Shown piece after piece: positions 41,238-54,563 of a stretch of DNA of 64,000 bases (its first letter is position 1; every line of letters begins with the position of its first letter). Location: contig NOWV01000011.1 in NCBI GenBank assembly GCA_003344405.1, positions 806,001-870,000 on the forward strand. Direction: 5' to 3'. This DNA comes from Trichoplax sp. H2 (Eukaryota). A program made the position numbers and the translations under genes. The notes below the pieces were generated by a model, which saw only the letters and a list, made by a program, of their open reading frames with translations, ran no database searches and was not told where the DNA came from.

Positions 41238-42732
41238 CACATCGATCGATGTAGTTAACATACTGTACTCACATGACTGTATGGCCCATACGGCATGCAC
41301 ACTTGCATAGTATGCCATTCAGGAGTGTACAAGTCTACAGGACGAGTCTGCATTTATTGGTGTTTACCCCAAACTAATTCAATCATTAACCCCCCCCCAA
41401 AAAATAGAATACTAAAAATACTCAAAACACGCCAGTGCGATAGTGGCCAATCTTCTCATGACTGCAACAGCTTGGCTGCTTGAAATCCATCGTATGAATA
41501 ATTCAAACATGATCGTCTTTTCGGCAACTTTGATGGCCACCGATAGCTAAAAGAAATCGCAGTATTCTCCCTGCTGTCCGGTACGGTAGCGGCGACATTG
41601 CCAACTAAAATTGACGACATCAATCGTTAAGGTACAACACCATACGTTGTTAGATTGTGCGTATGATATGGTTTGCCAATCTGCAGCAGCATTTTTGAAT
41701 TGATGGAATATCGGAATTGATGTACCAATTCACGCATTATTTCTGTTGTTGAATTTGTATGTTACTGCTACTTAACATGGATATACATTGTGTATCAAAA
41801 AAGAGATGATCCATCGCCAAAAAAAATGACTGAATCAATTTTAATGTAAGGTATTGTGAATACCAGAATCGGTGGACGAAGATTGCCACACAGCTGATCG
41901 GTTATATGACCTTGTTTTATGTACTTTGTTTCTAATAAGATACTTCAATTACTGACTACAACATTGATAATCGGCCATATTTTCAAGCGAGAATCACTTA
42001 TTCGCTAACAAAAGCTCTCATTGCATTCTCGATTCGATCTGGTTAAAATGCAGTAGTAACATGTTTATTCATGGATTAAATGACTACAACGTCACTCTTG
42101 ATGAATCCATTCCCCGACATGATCAGTGTTTAGTCGTCGTCAAAATGAAACCAGTACTGTATTCTTATTGTAGAATTCTAATTCATAATGGATGATAGAT
42201 TGGGTAGCTTAATGAAATAGTACAAGCATTAATGGCGATCAATCCATCTGACAAGCAGGCGATTTCACTTTTATAGCTAATTAAAATAGTCACAGCATCA
42301 AGGAAAATAAATAAAAATGGCTAACGGACCGTAGCAAAATCCTGCAATACCGTATGAAGTGTAGTCTACTGTAGTACTGTACTGTACAGTGTACACACTT
42401 CGATTATAACATCAGGGAGGACAGACATCAATCGAGCTCGTTTTGACAGTTAATCGCCATTTTATCTCATCCATTACTATCTTTCAACAGAAGCTGAATC
42501 ATCTTAGTCATTGAAATGTTCACCACTGTTGATTACTTTTGAATCAATCATCCGATCTTTTCAACCCTTTTGATATGCTTGAAATAATGCAGCTAATTGG
42601 ATTAATATTTTGCCGGGAAGACGATATGCCTTATACAATACCATACTATACTAGTGCACTCGACAATACCAGTCATGGGAACGAACTACCACATCAATGG
42701 CTTCATGAGTTGCTGCCAACTTAATACAGTAA

Positions 42733-43752
42733 ACCAGCGTAGAACGCAATCCACTGCAGTATCTTCTCGATGGCAACCATGGATGGATTGTACTATACAC
42801 TGAAGAGTAGTAAACTATTAAAACATTGATATAGGACTTAGAGCGGGATTTGCTTCCATTTTTAGTATTAAAATCTACATTTAAAAAGAAAATGGACATT
42901 TCAAGATTGCTCATCTTGCCATCAACGTTCTCGCTGTTTGATCGTCCATTAATAAGGCAACCATGGATGGATTGTACTATATACTGAACAGTAGTAAACT
43001 ACTAAAACATTGAGATAGGACCCAGAGTGGGATTTGCTTCCATTTTTAGTAATAAAATCTAAAAACTACATTTAAAAAGAAAATGAACATTTCAAGATTG
43101 CTCATCTTGCCATCAACGTTCTCGCTGTTTGATCGTCCATTAATAAGGCAACCATAGATGGATTGTACTATATACTGAACAGTAGTAAACTATTAAAACA
43201 TTGATATAAGACCCAGAATGGGATTTGCTTCCATTTTTAGTAATAAAATCTAAAAACTACATTTAAAAAGAAAATGAACATTTCAAGATTGCCATCAACG
43301 TTCTCGCTGTTTTATCGTCCATTAATAAGGCAACCATAGATGGATTGTACTATACACGGAACAGTAGTAAACTACTAAAACATTGATATAGGACCCAGAG
43401 TGGGATTTCCTTCCATTTTTAGTATTAAAATCTAAAATCTACATTTAAAAAGAAAATGAACATTTCAAGATTGCTCATCTTGCCATCAACATTCTCGCTG
43501 TTTGATCGTCCATTAGACCGTATACCAGCGCAGAACGCAATCCACTGCAGTATCTTCTCTATGGCAACGATGGATGGATTGTACTATACTGTACACTGAA
43601 GAGTAGTAAACTACTAAAACATTCATATAGGACTAGAGTGAAATTTGTTTCCATTTTTAGTATTAAAATCTACATTTAAAAAGAAAATGGTCATTTCAAG
43701 ATTGCTCATCTTGCCATCAATATTCTCGCTGTTTGATCGTCCAGTAGACCGT
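42733..43752. repeat. Nested tandem array, five ~185-190-bp units
   Basis: Units ggcaaccat.gatggattgtactata...ctcgctgtttgatcgtcca start at 42772, 42956, 43147, 43329 and 43563. A leader (accagcg.agaacgcaatccactgcagtatcttctc) occurs at 42733 and 43524. Confidence 0.95.
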
Positions 43753-43914
43753 GTGTATAACTTGTTTATCGGATGCGATTGTACTAATATGGATGTGATA
43801 CATTGAGTAATCTATGCTGCTGCATCACGGTAAAGGACATTCTCACTTTATTCGTCACATAGATGACAACAGAACAACGAAGAAGTAACCAGAAAATTAG
43901 TAATTCTGGTTAGC

Positions 43915-44117
43915 CTTAATGCACTTATTTGTTAGTCAGAGAAACTTCTATAGAGTAGATTTGTGTTGGTTAAACTTGTTGTGGTAGTGATGGAATACTT
44001 AACATGATCTTACTAGTCTTAATGCACTTATTTGTTACTCTGAGAAACTTCTATAAAGTTGGGTTGTGTTAGTTAAGCTTATTGTGGTAGTGGTGGAATG
44101 CTTAACATGATCTTACT
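43915..44117. repeat. Tandem duplication, 2 x ~103 bp
   Basis: cttaatgcacttatttgtta...cttaacatgatcttact at 43915 and 44018, moderately diverged. Confidence 0.9.
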
Positions 44118-44886
44118 TATCAGAAACCATGAATGGCAGTATCATGGTTCCCCTCGATGTGGCTGTTGTTAAATCTACCCAGGATAATGATAGAGCCAAG
44201 GTGAACAAGAATCTTGAGATACTTGTAGCAGGGCTTACTACTGCATAGACAGACGGGTACGTATAGTAGGCTGGATTGGATGTTTATTGATCTAGCAATG
44301 GCGTAACCACTCACAATATTGTATTTTAAAAATTTTGATCCTTAAGTACCCTATCCTTCTCACAGTATGACGCATTGGGATGGTCATGACTTTTTCTGCC
44401 ATATTAGACATTCACCAGAAGAGAAATCAGGATGCTTGATCGTAATTCATGTTGAACCCTTCAACATCGCTTTACTCTAAACCTTGTGAAGATTGTGAAG
44501 ACGCCAAGAAATCCAACATGAAGTGTAGATTGTACACTAGATCACAGTTAAACTACCCTGTACATGGAGATGGAGACGAAACCTTTTATTGGAAGTAATG
44601 CATGTCGTATTATATGAAGTTAAAGTACACTACACTACAAGCCAATTCGCACTAAAATAATCCGTCATGTGAATACAATACGTATATATGTAGACACAGT
44701 ATGATCCACCTTTCGAATAAAAACAATTTTATTGACCCTAAAGAATTCTTTAGACGCAGAAATACTGTAGACAACTAAGTAGGAGTATTCTACTGGGGTT
44801 GTACTATAATAAGGAGATTCGTGAAAAGAAACGATGCCGTTTTGGTGTACTACATGTATACTGCATGTCTAGATAAGCAAAGTAGT

Positions 44887-47098
44887 ATCTACAGTATTTC
44901 CAAAATCGTCCCGCTGATCGCACTGTTCCTGGCTCAATAAATAAATAACTTTCACCTTGTGAATTCTTAATTGGGGATGCATGGAACACTGATCACTTCA
45001 TATTGCGATGTGTGTAAACTGTATGCACTTTAGCATCGACTGGATAAGACCCTTGCAGTGACAAATTGCATTCAGAGTACGGTATAGTTACCGTGAAATC
45101 TGACAATTTTTATGGGAGCATCTACAAGATCCAACATATCTCTCTAACATCACATCTTGATATTTTAGCTTTGAAATGGTGGTATACGGTGTGAAAGGAT
45201 ACGAATAATAGAATGATCGGTAATGTTGTAATCTTTTAGCTTACCAGATAAATCTGGAGATAGGCTACAGTACAATATGCAATCTACGAAATCTTCTGTT
45301 TTCGCTACTGATTTCTTTACATTTGCTATTATATATAAATTATTGAACATGTGGTTAATCCTTTTAATTAAAATCTCAATCACTATTCTCTAAAGTGAAA
45401 AAGCACTGCGCAGCCTGTTGACAAACGGCTTATTCAGAGACTACTCCATTAAAACTAAATAAATTAGGTTGATTGATGGCCGCTTTGCTTACCATTTCCT
45501 CGCCATTTGCTCCATGCTTGTAGTTGCACTGGCTGCTTAGCTGATTAGTCCTCAACCTAGCGACGTGACTAAAGGCGAAGCTTTAACTTTACAAACTGTA
45601 GATTAGAGTGTAGTTGCATCATATAGAAACTTTTGATCCTACTTGATTCACTTTTTTTACATCACTATATTTGCTATGCCAGCACTTGACAATAGTTCAT
45701 GTGCTCCATTTTTCAGTACTTGAGCTTGCAAGAATCCTTATTTTATACGACATATTTTGGGGGGTAAAGCTATCATTGCCTAGGGCATCCACGAATATCC
45801 CGTACGCGTACTTTGCCGATATACGCTCGTACAGTATCGCTTCCTACCTTCAAATCCAAGAGTATTCATATCAATGCTCTACATCAACTTCTCTATTAAA
45901 TGAGTCGCATATAACGAGAAATACTGTACAGCATTTTCTTTTCACTGCTGCTCTATACGACCAAGGTGTATAACCAAGAGTAAATGAAAGTGATCGCATA
46001 GTTCGCCTACTGTATCTTGATAGAGGCTANNNNNNNNNNNNNNNNNNNNATCTACAGTATTTCCAAAATCGTCCCGCTGATCGCACTGTTCCTGGCTCAA
46101 TAAATAAATAACTTTCACCTTGTGAATTCTTAATTGGGGATGCATGGAACAATGATCACTTCATATTGCGATGTGTGTAAACTGTATGCACTTTAGCATC
46201 GACTGGATAAGACCCTTGCAGTGACAAATTGCATTCAGAGTACGGTATAGTTACCGTGAAATCTGACAATTTTTATGGGAGCATCTACAAGATCCAACAT
46301 ATCTCTCTAACATCACATCTTGATATTTTAGCTTTGAAATGGTGGTATACGGTGTGAAAGGATACGAATAATAGAATGATCGGTAATGTTGTAATCTTTT
46401 AGCTTACCAGATAAATCTGGAGATAGGCTACAGTACAATATGCAATCTACGAAATATTCTGTTTTCGCTACTGATTTCTTTACATTTGCAATTATATATA
46501 AATTATTGAACATGTGGTTAATCCTTTTAATTAAAATATCAATCACTATTCTCTAAAGTGAAAAAGCACTGCGCAGCCTGTTGACAAACGGCTTATTCAG
46601 AGACTACTCTATTATTAGTCCTCAACCTAGCGACGTGACTAAAGGCGAAGCTTTAACTTTACAAACTGTAGATTGGAGTGTAGTTGCGTTATATAGAAAC
46701 TTTTGATCCTACTTGATTCACTTTTTTTACATCACTATATTTGCTATGCCAGCACTTGACAATAGTTCATGTGCTCCATTTTTCAGTACTTGAGCTTGCA
46801 AGAATCCTTATTTTGTACGACATATTTTGGGGGATAAAGCTATCATTGCCTAGGGCATCCACGAATATCCCGTACGCGTACTTTGCCGATATACCCGCGT
46901 ACAGTATCGCTTACTACCTTCAAATCCAAGAGTATTCATATCAATGCTCTTCATCAACTTCTTATTAAATGAGTCGCATATAACGAGAAATACTGTACAG
47001 CATTTTCTTTTCACTGCTGCTCTATACGACGAAGGTGTATAACCAAGAGTAAATGAAAGTGATCGCATAGTTCGCCTACTGTATCTTGATAGAGGCTA
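44887..47098. repeat. Apparent 1.1-kb duplication flanking a 20-N gap, probably two alleles assembled in tandem
   Basis: 44887-46029 and 46050-47098 are near-identical apart from scattered SNPs and one 93-bp indel. Copy 1 ends and copy 2 begins exactly at the gap. Confidence 0.9.
46030..46049. other. Assembly gap (20 N)
   Basis: Run of n characters. Confidence 1.
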
Positions 47099-49675
47099 GA
47101 ATTGATGATGCAAATTACGACATAATAATAGATCTTCTTCGGTTATTATTTTATTTTATTAACGATGTTTCAAGTCATGCATTGGTAATAGAAATCTCAA
47201 GATTGACGTGATCATGAATTAATAAAATACATAATCATTGTACTATACTCTACTGTTTGTTTGAGTTAAAGACTTTCTCAAGTTTAATTAATAAAATTCT
47301 TTAAAAGGATACCTTCATATATTTACAGTTTAATGATAGATTCTTACTTATTGACTAATGAGATTACAATGATCATTACAATGAATAACTAGAAAAAAGC
47401 TGAATACTGTATTTTAACTTAAAAGTTTCATGAATAATTTCGAACATTAGGAAAATACTATACTTTAATTTAAAACGTGGAATCAATGCAGTGATATGAT
47501 GAATGCTGGCAGGTGTCCTCGTTACGCTTTATATTTTTAGCCTATCAATTAGCTAGATCTCTGAAACGAACATTTTACCCTTATTACAAGTATTTGACGC
47601 GTATTACCTTCCTATTCTGAGTATTTGAACCATAAATTCAATATTACATTAGGGCGAAAATTTTGTTTACCTCACAATTCTCTCATAACTACAGCCAGGA
47701 TAGTAAAAATTTCCTTCCTCGTTACTTGCACATAAGCTGCTTTTCTACTATAATTACCAGCGAGATCGAAATGATATTCAGCTTCAATATTTTTAGTTTT
47801 TATACCGTATAAGTAATCCTACATTGAAATACCTATCAACTACCTTTGGCCAATTTCTGCTAGTATTAGGGTGCCACAGCATGCTTTTTCATAAATTACG
47901 TCTGATGTTTCACTGAAACAACATGGGAAATTTCCTAGTCAAATTGACAATAACACTCTTTTATTTTGTATAAGCATACATATAAACGACAGCATTTATA
48001 TATTTTATTTTATAACTGTAAGCAATCATGACAAGAATAAATCACAACCTATAACGTACAGTCTAAATTATCACATGCAATTTGTCTTACCATGTTATTA
48101 CTGTGCTAGACGCTGGGGCATTCCTCTCCATTAAAATGATAAAAAGTGCAGATGCTAATGTCACTCAAAATACGCGTATGCACGTTGTAAAGGGCACGTA
48201 CTGAAGGGATTAACACTTGTAAAACTATTATTAATTTTTTGATGTCTACCTTCATTTCGATTGTCTGTACTCCTCCTATTTCCATAATGAAGAGAGCTGC
48301 GCAGAGTTTACGCATCGTCTGAAAGTAAAGCGAATTCTAACCAATACGTGAATAGGGCATAACATTAATATCATGCAATGTTTTGACTGATTTGATAAAT
48401 ATTTATTATTCTCTTGTACTGGAAATCGCATTTGCAAATGACCATTGAACTGCTTACAGTGTTTCCGGTTTTGCCTTACTGACACAAAGATTAGACGCAA
48501 CTGCGTAAAAGTTCCTAGTTATAAATTTTATTGTTCGAATACACATTGATGAATATCAGATAAAGCTAAATACATTAGATAAAATTAGATAATAATTGTA
48601 TGATCAACCACAGCACTAATGTTGTATTCCAACCTTGGCTGCATGGGGTATACGTGTATGCGAGTATAAATAACTGATCGATTCTAACTGCCTTGCGTTA
48701 CTTAATTCTTCAAATCTCCTTGATTGTATCATTCTTACATCGGTCTCCTTCTCGTCTTTAATAATTCACTCAATTACCTTGTGCATTTCTAAAAACCAGA
48801 GTGATGCTAAATGTCAATGACGGTATAAGTAATATTGACTAAATCCATGTCTATTTTATAACGCTATTATTTTGACAATGCTTACATATTTTTGCTGCTA
48901 TCCATGTCTGAGAACTCGTTTTTAAGTTGATGCCGTTATCTTTACTACTGGTACATCAAGATTAATGATTACATGCAATTTTAATTTAAATTTCTAGCAT
49001 TTTCACACATGTTTTTGTCGATCAATTTTATTACCAAGGACAGTTCCTGCATTTATAAATTGTATTATATCCATCCTATATACTGTAGCCACCGCGTGAT
49101 ACCGCAGATTTAAGATTTAAAGTTCTGTACATACGCGTTGGATAAATTCGTACGTTGTAAACTAATATACTGTACTGTGCGTATTTTTATTATGCTCCAC
49201 CAAAAAAATTGTTTGAATGTCATATTAGACCACCGTCGATAGTACCCATTTTTCTATACAAGTTTGTAGGCTATCAGCAGATCTTATACTCACTAATTTC
49301 TCGTAAAAAAGTGTACGGTCCATAACCTTCTTCGATAAAGTAATTAGTAACGATATTCTTGTAAAGTCGTGATACCAATAATTTTTTTACTTTATCGTTA
49401 CCAAATACTTTACAGAATATCTACTTATATGGATATCAATTATAATATTATTGTCCATAGAATAAAGGATAATGCCTTTTAAAACCTTAACATATCATAA
49501 GCAATACAGTATATGACTTTATTATCAAGAAATACGGTATAAAATACATGTTAATCGAAAAGTTATATTGTTTTTTTTATTACAACAAAGGAATATCCGT
49601 GATATGTGATAATAAGAAATCCTTGAATTACCAATGTTGTATAATAGTAATTGTTGTTTTGTTTTTAATTGTTAG

Positions 49676-52608
49676 GTTTATTCTCTTTTATCTTCCCTCT
49701 ATTACTTTTAATAATCATCACGGTGATTAAAGTGTTATGGAAAGCTGAGAAACGACGTATTAATCGACAGCACGATTTCAAAGACCAACAATTAAATTCA
49801 GATCAAATTGTCTGTGAAAGTAGTCCCAAAATTTCATCAACATTACAAGAAGAGCAGCAATTCTCAATTGACACCGAATGTAATAGTACTGATTGCCAAT
49901 TAGCAACAAATGCGCCTATGAGTTCTTCCTATAGATTACTCGACGAAAAGTCAAATACAGAAGAAAGGATAACATCTACAACTGTAGAAGAATACGCTGA
50001 TAATCCAATCTATGCTAATAAAGAGTTGCTAAGAAGAGATTACTTTCAAAAAGTTAGCCCACAGGATGAAATATGTGAGCAAGTTATCATTGACAATCAG
50101 GAGTCATCCTGCTTAAATTGGACTGACTTATTTCAAAATTTTAGTGATCGATCCATTGAAGAGCTAAATGATATTGAAGCTGATACAATGAATAAAATTG
50201 AACGTCGCGGTAAAGACTCTAGTGCTTCGACAACTAATAGTAGTAATAGAAATAGTAATCAGCGCTCACGCCGAGTAATTACTAGTAGTAAAGTTGTTCC
50301 AAAACACGAAGAGGTCTCCCAAGGTAGCCATACAATAAATTCTAATTTAGAAAATCGAAAAACTAGGAACATCTCTCGCAATTCTGGTCACGAATATCGC
50401 CAGCAGCGATCAATCTCAAGTGAACGAAACATACATTCTAGAAAGAAATCAAATGCACAACATGAACATTCATCGGAACCGATTCGTCGTCAAGATAGTG
50501 ACCAAATAGATAGTGATGGCCAGATGAAGTGGGATCGAGTTCAACAGTGGGTCGAGGAAGAACGGCGTATAGACCAAAATGAGTGGATTAAGGAGGAAGA
50601 TTGGGAGGCTTGCGATCCAGGAAAAGAGAGCAGTGAGTGCGAGCCAGACGTATGCGATGAAATCTCATGTGATAGTCGTAGTATAACCTCTTCTAATAAT
50701 TCTAGTGTGAATCATAGAAAGTTACTACATCAGTTACAGACTACTAACGCTGCAGCTACACGTCATAAGATTCCTCCTACGGTGAATAGTGAAAATCGAG
50801 TCGGAAGTAATTTTATCGAGAAACAACATAAAATAATGACTTCTAGTTCAGCTGTTGTGCCATTATCAAGTGAAAGTAACGAGAATTCAGCCATTAAGAG
50901 TAATAATGTAACTTTTGTATTGTCAAGAAAAGTTTCAGACACGGATGCGAAAGTACAAGATGAAAGTGAGAGTTTGACGAGCTATAGTAGTAGCAGTAGT
51001 AGAAATTCTAAAATACCTAGAAGAATCGAAAGTGTGGATAGTAATAAGAAAGCATCAGATCAACCAAGCAGTGGTGGTGATATGGTAGAAAAAGAGTGCG
51101 ACTATAAAGAACTGCGTAATGTTATAAGTAAATATTTCGTTGACTCTACGGAAATGGTTGAATTAGGAAGGAAGATAGTGAATTTTGTTACCGCAAAAAG
51201 TAAAATCTCATCTTATCCTGAATTTGATGATGTTGAGTTAGCATTGAACCGAATGTGTAATAGCGAATTTAAAGACGAGCAAAGAGTAAGAATACGTAAA
51301 TAAAATATCTATAAAACTATTTGTTGGTTTAATATTAGACTTGTTAACTGTTAAATATTATATTTTTACCTTTACTAATTACAAGTTCACTTTATAGAAA
51401 ATTTTATCTAAAATTGGAGGTAAAGACGTGTTAAAGCCTTTATTAGAGTCCAAAAATGAAAACTTACGTAAGACTACGCTTAAAGCGATGTCAATACAAG
51501 CAATTAATGATGAAGACCTTGATACAGTCAAGGTATAGCATAATGCTTCATTTATGTACAAATCTTAACTTCATCTTTTGCTTTGTTTCATTTTGATAAT
51601 GTAAAAACCAATGATTGTCAATATGTAACATTTTAATATCCATGAACAAAAAGGTGGTGATTTCGCATATTCAGCAATGGACAAAATCTGATGTTAATCA
51701 TTCCAATCAAGACATGCAGATGGTTGCTACAAGTGCTTTACTTAACTTATCAACATGTCGTACTTTTCATTCAAGTATTATTAGTTGTATTCCATACCTA
51801 CTTGATATGGTTGAATCATCGGTTAAGCCTATGCAGGTACAGCATTATGATAATATTTATACACAATCTAAACTGCTTTATGCATACATACATATGAAAT
51901 CTTAATCAGGCTACAGTACCGAATATAGGACTAGAACTAACGTAATAATCAATTTTATTTTAAGTTGCATGCACTATTGGTTTTACTCATATTTTCTTGG
52001 AACATCAACAATATTATCCACTTGGTTGAGCATCAGGTAATTATTGGCATTGAAGAAAATTCACATCGACTTCTTTACCTTCCAATTTTTTCATAGAAAC
52101 GATAACATATATCTTTGATGCATTTTTGCTTACCATACATTTTCAATTATAATTGTGTTATTGCAGACTTTAAAGAGAATATCAACGTGGTTAAAGATAG
52201 ATACAGATGAAGAGTTGCTTTTAAGAATTGTTACCTTAGTTACGAGCTTACTAGAGGGTCTTAGGCATTTTTTAAGACAAGTACCGACACCACTACGGAC
52301 TCGAAGAGCACGAACGGGAAATAAAGCCGTAGAAAGCAGTGAATCTAAATACAGACAACTTCGTACTTTATTACGGGATATATTAGTAAGTAATATAATT
52401 TTATAGCTACTTTGCTAACCTAAAAAATTGGCAAAATAATTCTAAAAAATGTAACTTGATATTTCTTTAGTTTTGTACACCTGGACTTCACGATAGCTTA
52501 TGGGAACTAAATCAACATAGTAACCGTGACATCCATCGTCAAGCTACAAGAGGTCGCTTAACTCTGAATTACCTATTATCCTTGCATTGCAGTATGACTG
52601 TCTCTTGA
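49676..52608 (+). CDS. ARMC10/ARMCX-like protein: N-terminal TM anchor, long disordered linker, C-terminal armadillo (Arm_2-like) domain, ~790 aa
   Basis: Exons 49676-51285, 51398-51532, 51654-51836, 51965-52036, 52167-52385, 52471-52608, with a possible first coding exon at 48804-48822 (MLNVNDG). TM segment: LFSFIFPLLLLIIITVIKVLWK. The C-terminal KILSKIGGKDVLKPLL...LRKTTLKAM...QMVATSALLNLS...LHALLVLL...EELLLRIVTL resembles ARMC10 (IIRELGG...QLAGLTLLTNMT...KEILLRVLTL, from memory). Confidence 0.7.
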
Positions 52609-54563
52609 AGATTTCGGGCTTACTCGTAGATATTTTAAGCCTTAAGGCCTTGGAAGCTTTGCTTGTTAACGCTTTATCAATAAATTATTCAGATGATACA
52701 TCTGTACACAATACTTGTTAAAGTACTACAGTTCATTGTGTAAATCCATTGCAGCAATTTACTTTTCCTGTTTAGGATAAGTTTTTATAGATTGTTCTAA
52801 TATGTGTAGCATGTACAATTAATGTAACTAGAATAATTTTCGTTTGACTGTACAAGACATACGGGTAATCTTACAGTTAAAACTGGACGTGTAGTACATA
52901 TATAATTGACATAAATAGAGCTAAACTTGAATTATATTTTTTACAGTCCCTCTCGCAATAATTGCAATAATGTTAATATGGTACGATAACTTCGTATAAG
53001 CTTTACGGCCTAAGCCTGGTGACATTATTTGCGAATTAATTAATTTATGCCATGCAATAACTATCTTGATTTCATACTTTCATGCAATTTTGCCATTGTG
53101 AGATTTCAATTTTATGCTGGCTGGAATAGTACGAGTCTACCATTGCTGCTCCATAAAATCTCAAAATAGTTGTAATGAAATTGCGATAATACAGTGCTAT
53201 CATTTATTTAAAAAGCATGTTATTTCGTATGTAGGACATGTATGAAACCAATCGCTAACTAATTTACACGATTTTTGATGATCATTTCATCGTTTGCTAT
53301 GAAATTTTTTCTTATGTTATAATTGCCGTATATTTTGTATATTCGTGTCTTGCTATTCCTACCATATATACGTACGAGATATGATAAATTGCTGACATTT
53401 CCAATTTCTATTTAAAATATAGTTTAAATAGCAGTGAAAAATGATGCTTTAAAGTATTGCATACCTGTAATAATGGCGATACGAGTATACTATTATGTTT
53501 AGTATATAATTAACTCTAACTAATTATTAAGGCAACACTTTTTAACTTAATCGAATTCTATTTTGCTTTGCGCCTAAGTTTTGATAAAACAACTTTAAGT
53601 ATTGAATATATCTTTCTCAAGTGATGCATGGTGCAGCATAACTCCTGCGGTAGAAATTAAAATTATCCTTTGTTTTAAAGTCAAATCATCTGCGTACATG
53701 TATTATATAGTATATATTTATATACTGTATTTACAGTATTTCTGATTGGTAATGTGGCAACCACGACATTTATCTAAAATTTAAAGCTCCAAAATATGTT
53801 GTAAACATTAATAAATGAACTGCTTTGCTGATGAATCATTGCATCTATCAAATATATAATCTAATACGACTGCCGCTCTTGTAAAGAAAAATTATATAAT
53901 GTTGTATTATTAGTGACCTACGTGTGATTAAAATGTCCATAGAAAAGAAATAACAAAAATACTGATTTTGTGGTAGCGGAAACAAGTTTATTCGCATATA
54001 TCTGCATTCAGATTGTATACTGTACGCATGATAATATACTTGTATATCTTAGTCAAAGTAGAATAACTGATCAATGGCAATTCATTATTAGTTAATTTGC
54101 GTACAATTACAATTTCAGTTATAGCTTGTTACCGCTGGAAATGCTCATAGGAGATTTTAATGTTTATTACTATCACGCACAATTCCTATCCATTATAATT
54201 TGCAACCATTTCACATTAACTCGTCACAATAGGATAGCTAAAATAACTCCTGCAAAAATGGAATACTATACATTTATAATATTATACAATTAGATTTAAT
54301 ATTTCTTTTCAAATATTACTTAAACACGTCAATTCATAGCATGAAGTTTTTAGTAGATTTTATCATCATTCGGTGATCTATATAAATACATTCTAGATGA
54401 TATCAAGGACAGTTTCCAGTCTAGCTATATGCGGATTTTGATTAAACATTACTTGATAGAACACAGTAATATAAATTAAAACATCGAATTCATTTGCATG
54501 TACACTGCAACCAAGTAACATATTATTACCAGCAATTTTAACCAAATTGATTTCCTCCACTTG

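Noticed and set aside
45165-45383. Ubiquitin-like motif GKLKDYNITDHSIIRIL in a minus-strand ORF (repeated at 46328-46546)
   Set aside because: The resemblance is short, the rest of a UBL domain is missing, and the motif starts at a GTAAGC donor-like site, so it may be intronic.
47480-48320. Series of minus-strand donor/acceptor-bounded segments suggesting another gene
   Set aside because: I could not chain them into a consistent open reading frame or recognise any domain.
52986-52998. Perfect loxP half-site ATAACTTCGTATA
   Set aside because: There is no inverted second arm after an 8-bp spacer and no vector sequence nearby, so it is most likely a chance match in AT-rich DNA.
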